From contig NC_043008.1 of NCBI RefSeq assembly GCF_006345805.1, positions 42,532,001-42,596,000 on the forward strand: DNA of 64,000 nt, in the 5' to 3' direction. Source of the DNA: Octopus sinensis (taxonomy: Eukaryota). Every line of letters starts with the position of its first letter. Position 1 is the first letter of the stretch. The translations under genes and the position numbers were made by a program. Below the pieces are notes generated by a model. That model was not told the origin of the DNA. It made no database searches and saw only the letters and a program-made list of their open reading frames with translations. Positions 54,006 to 64,000 of the stretch are shown piece after piece.

Positions 54006-55100
54006 TATCAATATGAAAATATTATTTAAACAATTCTTTTCATTGATTAAATATTTTCCTTCGCAGTTGAGATCTTTTCGTCACAGATACTGAGGAGGTT
54101 GACGGCGTTGACATCTTAAGTGATTCCTGGAACGGATGCCAACGGAGGAAACGGCATGGTTAATGGATTTCCAACAAAACTCCCCAACATTATATTTTAT
54201 CGTGTTAGTAATGAAAGGACTTATTCGAAAATGCAGTCAATGACATGCAAATAGAAAAAACGATGGTGGTGGGAACATTGTCGATCCTAAATCGACTTGA
54301 TCAGAAGAGAAAAGACTTATGATTCTCTTCAAGCTCAAAACTGCCCGTAAACGATTAGTGTATACGTCCAAGCACTATTTTGATGTATTTTTTATGAATA
54401 AAGGATAATGACTAGGGTGAATAAGGAATTAGTTTGAGAGCGCTAGGTTAGCAGAATTGGCGAGAATAACGAACAAGTCTTGTAAAATTTAGTTATGCTC
54501 CTTTAAATCGTGATGTACGACCCCACCGAGACCTAATTTTCTTTCCTTTCTTCCTGGGCCAATAAGATATGAATAAAAAATCTTATAGTTTAATGTGTCC
54601 TAACCTGAAGGAAACTGGCCGTGTTTCTACTCGATTATCAAGCGACTGATACAGCTTCCTTGAAGACCATTGTTTGCAAACTACACAAACGCACACACAC
54701 ACCTCATTAACATTTAAAGCTTTCCTAAAGTGCCAATCACCAAGGAAGCGAAATATCTCTCTACCTCCTCGTCTTCCTTCCGCTGAAGTTGGATATTTAA
54801 AGAATTTGTTTTTGTGTCTCTTCCTTCGTGAAGAGATTTTCTCCAAGATACTAAATTGGAACACAGTTATAAAAAGCATTCGTAGCAGCTGCTTCGAGAA
54901 TGAGAACACTTTGGTCATGTTGTTGTTGTTGATAGGGATGATAGCGACGAGGAAAAACACGGTACAATACTAGCAAAGAACAAAAACGGGAATTCAGAAC
55001 TGGAGCGAAGAAGTGACAAAAGTGGCGATAAAAATAACTGGAAAAAATCCAAGAATTGGTAAAATGGTGTGCAATACGAATACAACAGAGTGGGGTAAAA

Positions 55101-55106
55101 TGATGA

Positions 55107-55140
<34 letters not shown>

Positions 55141-55220
55141 GGTGGTGGCGGCGGTGGTGGTGGTGGTGGTGGTGTAGAAGAAGAAGAAGAAGATGACGAC
55201 GAAGAAGAAGAAGAAGAAGA

Positions 55221-55270
<50 letters not shown>

Positions 55271-55325
55271 AAGAAGAAGAAGAAGAAGAAGAAGAAGAAG
55301 AAGAAGAAGAAGAAGAAGAAGAAGA
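55101..55325. repeat. Compound trinucleotide microsatellite (TGA, TGG, AAG, TAG, AAG)
   Basis: Seen directly. Confidence 0.97.
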
Positions 55326-56064
55326 CTACAATCTCCACTCCATCACAGCAAAACACAGCAAAGAAAAAGGCGACGCTATTACGTTTATGATAATGGATTT
55401 CACATGGAAATTAGTGAAAGTGAAGATTGCATAAAATGGAATTGAAATCGTATTAAATCGTCGTAAATCGTATTAAATGATGCAACGTCAGTAAAGGTAA
55501 CATAATGATATTTCAATGTGACAATTTAAATTTCTTTCTTTGATTGAACTAAATGCAACCTTCAATGGTGAGTTAAACTTTACTGTTGATAGGTCGTTGC
55601 CGTTGTTGTTGCTGTTGTAGCTATCGTTGTTGTTGTTGTTTTTGTTGTTATTGATGATGTTTTTTGTTCTTTTCTTTTATTGTTTCTTACTGTTTCTGCT
55701 GTTGCTCTTTCTGGTTCTTGTTGTTGATTGGATGTCAATTAAATCTGCCGTTATTTCCATAATTATCGTTTCCATTTCCATCTTAATCAGTACATTTTGA
55801 ATGGATATCTTTGATACACGGCTGAAACGTGGATGTAGGGAAGCTGATATTGAAGGCTATCTACTCCTAATAGGGATTCGAGTGTAAAGAAGTGGGGTGG
55901 GGGCGCAAAGGCTGTCAATTAGTTTAATTGTCAGCATTTTCCCGACTCCCTTATGTTTGCCTTTAAATCCCGCCGAAGTCATTTTTTCTTTCCATTATTT
56001 TGAGGTTGATAAATAATAATAATAATGATAATATAATAATAATAATCTTTTACTTTTTTCTTTT

Positions 56065-56342
56065 ACGACCAGGTTATCAGATGTTGCTACACCTCGCTGG
56101 TCACAATGCGCTTCGCATTGTTTTTTAGCCTTCAAATGACGCCACCCCGCTGGTTAAGCGAGCAGGCCAACAGAAGAAAGGGTGAGAGAAAGTTGTGGCG
56201 AAAGAGTACAGCAGGGATCGCCACCACCCTCTGCCGGAGCCTCTTGGAGCTTTAGGTGTTTTCGCTCAATAAACACTCACAACGCCCGGTCTGGGAATCG
56301 AAACCGCGAGCCGCTGCCCTAACCACTGGGCCATTGCGCCTC
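56065..56342 (-). mobile_element. SINE with a family C head and a different 3' tail, inside an (AAT)n array
   Basis: 56180-56342 matches the family C 5' half; 56065-56180 (cagatgttgctacacctcgctggtcacaatgcgcttcgc) does not. Confidence 0.8.
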
Positions 56343-56343
56343 C

Positions 56344-56391
<48 letters not shown>

Positions 56392-56600
56392 CTGGTGGAA
56401 ATATTAGAAAGATGTTTTGCAACACCTGTCATAAGTCTTTGCGTCCTGAAAGGAAAGATAATATCTCGTCACAATAGAGATACAATTGAGTGTTAATAAT
56501 GGGTTTATAGTCGGTTTTGACTGCTATTTCTATACTGGTAAGGGTTTTGCAATCCTCTCCGTTATAATTGCGATTTATTCATAATTACAAACATTTATAT

Positions 56601-56712
<112 letters not shown>

Positions 56713-56774
56713 ACATATATTGATAGATATAGATACATATATTTGTATATATATATATATATATATATATACGA

Positions 56775-56925
56775 AAAGCTTCTTTCCGTTTCAGCGTACC
56801 AAATCCATTCACCAGGATTTGATCGGTCCGACGTTATAGTATAAAACTCAAGGGGCCAAGCAATGGACTTGATCCGGAAGCATGTGGTTGGAGAAGCGAG
56901 CTTCTTACCACGCAGCCACGCCTGC
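56775..56925 (-). mobile_element. SINE family A, 5' half
   Basis: cttctttccgtttcagcgtaccaaatcc..catgtggttgg..cttaccacgcagccacgcctgc. Confidence 0.7.
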
Positions 56926-57364
56926 ATTTTGTTCAAATCTATTTCCTAATTGATAAACATTTCTGGAATGCTCCTCTCACTTGTAAAAAAAAAGTTTTAT
57001 TTAGTAAAAACTGTATCTTGAAGTCACTTGTTTTGTTCTTATAGAAATGTTAACCTTTTGACTGGTGAGGAACTAAAAGTACAATTGTTGAATTCTAATT
57101 TTGGGGATTACGGATTATGCAAAGAGATTTTGATGCTGATAGAACGAACTGGCAACTGATGCGAAAAACATCATTGACTTTTGTTTAAAATATAACTAAA
57201 CAACTTTGTAGATAATGAACAGCAATCAACCAGGCAGTTTGTTGCAACAACGAGCAGAGAAGAGTGAAAAACAGCATCAGATGTGAGCAGAAGGAAGACA
57301 TTTTCCGACTTCCTGCTGTTATCGCTACTACAGCTACTGTCACTGCTGTTGCTGCTGCAGCAGC

Positions 57365-57365
57365 G

Positions 57366-57421
<56 letters not shown>

Positions 57422-57449
57422 TGTAGTAGTAGTAGTAGTAGTAGTAGTT

Positions 57450-57483
<34 letters not shown>
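57365..57483. repeat. (TAG)n microsatellite
   Basis: Seen directly; the same motif occurs at 270-365 and 42955-43010. Confidence 0.97.
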
Positions 57484-57484
<1 letters not shown>

Positions 57485-58749
57485 TAGTTTGTTGATGGAT
57501 ATGATCTTATCATTTGTTGGTTTGCTAATTTTTTGACAGGCGAGTGATGTCGCATTAGCCACAGTCTTGTTTTGTAAAATATTTCGCACATCAAACTGTA
57601 TTGTTTCTAAAGATCACCAGGTATTTTCTTTCCCTCGGTACCCACGAACAAGAAAATTCCATATCTTCATCTCCTTCATATAAAGTGACTAGTTTTCACT
57701 CACTACAGTGCGTGTGCGCATGTGTGAGTGTTTGTACACTTTCATATTTGTCCTCTGCACATATTATTTCGTGTCTGAGAAAATGAAAATATTTCGTGTT
57801 TTTCTAATTTCATTTCGGCTTTTGCTACGACCACAGAAATACAATTTACCCAAAGACACGAAATATATATTTCATTTCGTGAAATGATTCTACATAATTT
57901 CGTGTGACCAAGTTTCCTTTAAGAAATGAAACATTTTGAATACTACTGTAATCTTTCAGCCCAACTGCATCTTCAATAATAATTATTCACGCCTGCATAA
58001 ATTTATATATTTTTTCTCGCATTACTAACGGAAATGAACATCGAAGCCTTTCTATCTGCTCCTATTTTTACGATCTTTATCTTCTGTCATCTCTTGTCAT
58101 TTCTTCACTCGCATTTTTTTCTGTCTTCCTTTCTGGATTTAACTGAAATTTATATTTAAATCATTTGTCTAATTAGCATCAATAATTAATCACCAATTAT
58201 TTGTGCATCAGGGATATTCATCAATAACTGATCATACCTATTGAATTATAGGTGAAAGCATCGCGACACAACTCCTCCTCTAGCTCCACCCAAAGCAGTG
58301 AAGTGACAGAAACACCGATATTTTACTAGAACGATAACGTTCATTCTAAGAGGCCGTTTCACTCTGCCTTACCTAATTACAGTAAAGTTAATTAGGAGGT
58401 TAATCATTAAATGTCTAAGGACCTATCTAACGTTCTCTTTATTCATATATCTCTTACTCTCACCTACGTGAATAATTATGACTAAATTTGTTTCATTTTG
58501 AACGCAGAATGCATTTTTCACATCTTTTATGCCGCAAACAGTGTTGATGGAGAGATTTCCGAATCAGGAAATTCGAGTGATGCTGAGGTTCAAGCCGTTT
58601 TCTTTCAGGTAGAGCTATTACTTCATAACGAGGTGTCTCAGTGATAATGAAACATTACTTTTAAAACCTAGAATGAACAGATGGATGATATATTTCTTCA
58701 ATTTCAGCAACAGCACCTAATTCCTGATAACTTTATTTGAAACCAATAT

Positions 58750-58945
58750 GGCGACAAAGAGTCAGAATCGTTAGCATTCTGGGAAAAATGCTTAACGGAA
58801 TGTCGTCCGTCTTTACTACGTTCTGAGTTCAAATTCAGTCGAGGACGGCTTTGCTTTTCATTGCTTTCGAGTTCTTTAAAACAAGTACCGGTTGAACACC
58901 GGGTTAGATGTTCCGAAGTTGTTGGTGCTGTACCAAAATTTGAAA
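58750..58945 (+). mobile_element. SINE family B
   Basis: gtcagaatcgttagcattctgggaaaaatgcttaacgg..tacgttctgagttcaaattc..ttgcttttcattgctttcg. Confidence 0.75.
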
Positions 58946-59056
58946 CCAAAATTCGAAGCCAACAAATCATTGTAATTTAAACTTGCTCACCAGGAGTCTC
59001 CTTGAGTCAGGTACTTAAGTCTTGGTTTACGATAACATCATTAACTTAAGAAATAC

Positions 59057-59153
59057 CTAAGACACTGGGTGCATAGAGCAGCAGCAACGGTGGTGGCGGT
59101 AGCAGTGCTATGAGCAATAGCAGGTTATTTGAGTATCGATTGAGTAAGTGATC
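59057..59153 (-). CDS. Tentative signal-peptide exon of the nAChR gene
   Basis: Open frame DHLLNRYSNNLLLLIALLPPPPLLLLYAPSVL+G|gtattt ends in phase 1, as the 167-nt exon requires. There is no in-frame ATG (an in-frame TAG lies just upstream, caatag|GAT) and the sequence is low complexity. Confidence 0.25.
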
Positions 59154-60424
59154 CTATTGAAGTTTCTAATTGGCCTCGGTTTCCACTTCTGTGTGTCTGT
59201 GTGTCCGTGCGTGCATGTGTGTATGTATGTGTGTGTGAGCGTGTCCTGTATTGTTATTCTGCTTGTAAGAGTCGTTAATGTCCAAATTCTCAATTATCCT
59301 AATATTTCATATAATCCACACATTTCCTGGTTAATTAAGCAATCATTATAAAAACTACAGTTAATTTGAAGATTGTAATCTAATTCTATTGAATTAGTGG
59401 ACTCAATCTAATTAGAAAGAGTAAGTAAATATTCATTAAAAAGAATCACTTCAGGAAATCTTGAAAATAAGGTAATTATTGAGGGAAAAACAAGGAAAAT
59501 GTTTGTAAAGTTAAGATAATAATAGAGAACGAAATTTCTCAAACCGCCTTTTATTTGTGATATCGACTGATATAGAACTCAATATCGGAGGCAAAAGATA
59601 ACAAAATGATGAGAATGTTGATAGAGATGACAGGAAAGGTTTTGCTACGAAAAGTATCTTGTCAAAAGAAAATTTGGAGAGTTAATTACGAAAGACTCAT
59701 AAAAAGTTAAAATATGCTAGATTAATTAATTAGTTAATAATACTAAATGTTGTGAAATGTCATGGGAAGTGTAATATATTCCATAACAATTTAATATCAT
59801 TCATTTACGATGATGCAGCAAAAGAATTCTATTAGAATTTTGTTACTGTATGACGTCATATGGTGAGTAAGTAATTTAGTTCCTGGAATTTACATTTCTA
59901 AATTAAAAGAGTTGATTCAATGCAACGATAACATCTTTGTTTCTAATTAAATTTTTAATGTTCCCTGCATTTAAAATGGTAACACGGATTGAACTATTAA
60001 CTTTAATGAAGATATCGATCGTTAAATACGTGATTTTTAAACAAATATTTTCTTCCTTGTCGATGATATTAAACATTTTGCTGAGGGATTTCAAATCGCT
60101 TCTCCTCTTTGCAACCATGTGAGTGTGAGTTCAGTCCTATTGCGAGGAATTTTGGTCAAATGGTTACTAATATATCCCCGGGTCAATCAATGTCTTGTAA
60201 ATGAATTCCATTGACAGAAATGACGGAGAAACACATCGATTACACAACACATACACACACACATATACATATATATATACATAGAGGGAGAGAGATATAG
60301 AAATAGGTAGATAGATAGACAGACAGAAAAACAGACAGATAGAGAGATAGACAGACAAACAGACAGGCTGATAGATATAAGATAGACACACAGACAGACA
60401 TATATATAGAGAGAGAAATATGTG

Positions 60425-60590
60425 TGCGTGTGTTTGTACATTCCACTGTTGTTTCGTTTACGTCCCTGGAACTTAGCGGTTCAACAATAGAACTAAAAAA
60501 GAACCATATTTTAGAAACTCGAGGAGTGAGCTTGAAGAGTTCGAGTAAACCTACAAGATGTTGCTACAGCATGACCGCAATCCAATGGCG
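60425..60590 (+). mobile_element. SINE family A, 3' half
   Basis: gtttacgtccctggaacttagcggttc..cagcatgaccgca. Confidence 0.6.
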
Positions 60591-60774
60591 GAAGCATCTA
60601 GATGAATAAGAGAATAATGCAATGTAGGGTTTGCTTTTTTTGTGGAGGTCATTCTAACAGAGGGTTGCCTTCTGTGTCTGCCATAGAACGGAAATGGAAT
60701 TTGTTAATTAAGCATGTTTAATCCTCCCTGGATTAGAATCTGTTCTTATCTTGTGTATTAGTAAGCATTTTAAT

Positions 60775-61400
60775 AATCGGCGAAAGACCTAGAATTCTGG
60801 TGTACAGAGTAAGTCCATTACATCGACCCCAGTACTCGACTGGTACCTAATGTATCGACCCCAAATGGATGAAAGGTAAAACCGACCTCGTGGAAATTCT
60901 ACTCAGAACGTAAAGACGGAAAAACTATCGCTAAGCATTTCCCTCGACACCATAACGATCCTGTAAGCACGCCGCCTTCCCTGATATGTTATTAATAGTT
61001 CTAGATATTGGCGCATGCCCAGAAATTTCGGAGGAGAGGTAAAGTCGCGATTACATTAACCCTAGTATTCAGCTGGTACTTATTTTATCGTCGCTGAAAA
61101 GATGAAAGTCAAAGTCGACCTCTGCGACATGTGAACACAAAACGTAAAGAACAAAATACCGAAAAGCCTTTTGCCCGACAATTCTGCCAGCTTTTCGCTT
61201 TACTTATATATTAATATATTCGCCCTTGGAAGTATTGAACTCAGACCATAAAGAGTTCGAGGAAATACACTCTAGGCACAATTTTGAGGGAAGGAACCAG
61301 TCGATTAGATCGACCTCAGTACGCAACTGGTACTTAATTGATCGACCCAGAAAGGATGAAAGGCAAAGTCGACCTCGGCGGAATTTGAACTCAGAACGTA
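60775..61400 (-). mobile_element. Three adjacent SINE family B copies
   Basis: Repeated atcgacccc..gatgaaagg..gacctc..gaactcagaacgtaa units at about 60775-60985, 61000-61200 and 61255-61400. Confidence 0.8.
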
Positions 61401-62614
61401 AGAGAAATAGGATTTATAATGAATTAAAAAATGTAGCTAATGACAATGCGGGGCCGTTGAAGCAGGAGATATTTTGTGAAGCCATAGCATTAAGTAATTA
61501 CACAAATAAATAGTTTATGTGCGACAATCCGAGATTAGGAGAAAATTAGAAAGGAACAAACGTTAGGAAAAAGAAAAAAAAATATACAACAATATCGTTT
61601 TCGTTTTTATCTAAAAATATTTCTTCGTTCGAAGCGACAATAATTCTTATATTAGAGAAAATACGAGAAAAAAAACTCGCAACAAACTGATATTTAATTT
61701 GTTTTTAGTAATGCAAGAAGCGTAGTTCGCGATTCAAATTGTAGTTGCCACATAAAATTATATTGAACAGAAATCCCTACATTATCGTGATGCGTTAAAT
61801 GTTATGGATTTTTAAAGAGACGCCATTAAAGGATCGGCGTTTAAAAGGGGATAACAAAATATCGTTAAACATTGCCTGGCACATTAATGCTGAGCCTTAA
61901 AGCCGTCTCCACTCTCAACAATTAGAGAAAAAAAACTATGTAATCACGGACATCGCATTATTAATCCCAGATTCCCTTATCAGATGCTACCGCATTTTTG
62001 CACGTGGGCCACCGGGATTTAACTAATATTTTTAGCAATAAAAAAAAACACCGATCAGTCGTCGTTGGTGAGGTGTACGTCTTTAAGTGGCGATTTTTCA
62101 TAATTGTAAGAATTCAGTAATATAGACAATAGGAAGGCCCTCGTCTAAGGAAACAGAATCTTAAACAAGTTTTTCAAAATATCGTATTAACATACATACA
62201 TACATATATACGTACATACATGCATATTTACTTTATTGAAAAGCAGCAAAAATATCACAATATATTGCTGCTTTTCAATAAAGCATATTACTCAACACAC
62301 ATACATAACCACGTGCACATTTAATCATGCATCTCGTGTGTTCATGTGAGTAAGAGTGTACGTGTGTATTTCATGGTGTGTGCTGTGTGTATACGTATTT
62401 GTGCCTCGATTTTAGACCGGCTTAAGACATATACAGAGTCTAAAACGTAAAAAACATTTACTTTACAAAGTCACTTGAGATATTTGTTCTGCATCGTAAA
62501 AGACGTCCCTACTCGAATCTCCCAGCTACAATGCGGTAAAAAAAAATTCGCAACGCGCGTTTAAGAGCTCTTATGCGTTTGTTTCGTTGCATGTTATTTT
62601 ATCTTGGGGTATCT

Positions 62615-62752
62615 CCGGGTTAATTTAGAGACCCCGAAAGGATGAAGGGGAAGTGAACCACGGGAGGATTTGAAATCAGTGTTAAAGGCCGAACGAAATG
62701 CTGCTAAGGACTTTGACCAGCGTCCTCACTATTCCGCCAGCTCACCGCCTTC
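62615..62752 (-). mobile_element. SINE family B, 5' part
   Basis: gaccccgaaaggatgaagggg..ggatttgaaatcag..gaacgaaatgctgctaagg..attccgccagctcaccgcc. Confidence 0.7.
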
Positions 62753-64000
62753 ATAGGTCCACAACGTATTTTTAATTATACTTTAACTGGATGTCTTCAA
62801 CATGTTTACAATTATACACAAAATGTCAACAATCACAAGCGCAGCAATCGCCCATAAAACTTAAGGACATTGAAATAGCAATAATAGGTCCGTTTAGTTG
62901 TATACAAGACAATATCAGTGTCTTCACACGACAATAAATACTCGATAAAACCGTGTTCCTTGACCGTCAATTATAGCTGTTGGGTATTATAAATCATTCA
63001 GTTAGATAAACCTTTTTCATGTGAATGCCTCCACAGAATACAATTAAATATCGTCAAACATAACATTTTCACTTGGCTAAGGAAGGTAAAGGAAATGGCT
63101 ACCGAAACAGGATTTTATTGCTGTCAGCACAATCGAGCTAAAATATCTCTGTGCGCTAAATAATACACAAACAAATGCACACACGCAAACAGGTAGATAG
63201 ATAAATAGATAAATAGATAGATTATGTGCATGTATGTGTGTGTGTGTATGTATATATATATATATACGAATATAATATATATTTTAATATATATATATTG
63301 ATATATATACATGTGTATGTATATGTGTGTTAATATATATATATATATGTATATATATATATGTATATATATATGTATCATTATTAAAGAGGACAACAAA
63401 CGTTAAGGCAAGGCAAGCATCTCAAGTCATATACATTATAAATATTATTATTGGAAACAAATTCAGTCTTACGACTGTTTCTGAGATATCCCAGAGTATG
63501 GGATATTCTATCATCGGTGATAAATAGAGAAAATGAGAAAGGTATAGATTATTGAAACAATGACATAGAGCACAGCATTAAAGGAATAAACAGATGCACA
63601 AAGGGAAGAAAAAAGAAGCATAAAAGTTCACAGTTGAACTTTCCGATCTTGTAGAAATAAGTTCAGAAGTCCTTAGGTACAATCCTGCATAAATCCATGT
63701 GGGTTAAATTCCAGATAGTGTAAAGATGATAGTGTAATCAATTACAGCATTTACGTAGCGTACTTAGTCGTTTAGATCACCTGTGAACTAAACCTGATAT
63801 TTTGTATGTATATATATGGGGAGAGTTTACGAAAAAAAAAAACGAGAAAAGACGAAGACTATATATATATACACATACATGCATACACACACAGGTATGT
63901 ATATTTTAACGTTGCGTTGAGGTAGGATCTGCAGATAACTTATTCTATCCATGAGAGGCAAATATTATTTAATATCCACAGTATTTAAAATAAAAGCTAA

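Noticed and set aside
54090-54160. ctgagga...hairpin...gaaacg as a hammerhead
   Set aside because: The hairpin (cgttgacatc/gatgccaacg) is not adjacent to the core, and no stem I or III can be drawn.
57185-57301. MSSFCSHLMLFFTLLCSLLQQTAW as the receptor's first exon
   Set aside because: Signal-peptide-like, but no credible phase-1 GT donor follows; kept only as an alternative in the findings.

Overview
AT-rich, microsatellite-saturated eukaryotic genomic DNA. The SINE, mariner and Penelope repeat content looks like an octopod cephalopod (inference from repeat recognition, not from a search). The only host gene I can support is a minus-strand alpha-type nicotinic acetylcholine receptor subunit. 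Four consecutive exon types splice in frame (167 nt, 45 nt, 110 nt, 536 nt) and encode the extracellular domain, the Cys-loop, loop C with vicinal cysteines, TM1, TM2 and the start of TM3. The signal-peptide exon is not securely identified, and I could not find the end of TM3, the cytoplasmic loop or TM4 in the window. The 167-nt exon is present twice, with identical sequence, inside a ~1.56-kb tandem duplication whose junctions lie in (TA)n tracts; splicing both copies would create an immediate stop. The rest is intronic or intergenic repeat DNA: three tRNA-derived SINE families, two mariner relics, Penelope-like RT fragments, an R4/Dong-like LINE end, a CR1/L2-like LINE end, a Gypsy RNase H relic, MITEs and a Helentron-like element. 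Three unrelated short repeat families each carry a type I hammerhead-ribozyme-like fold, and one of them sits behind a tRNA-like Pol III head. Nearly all ORFs in the supplied track are microsatellite artefacts.
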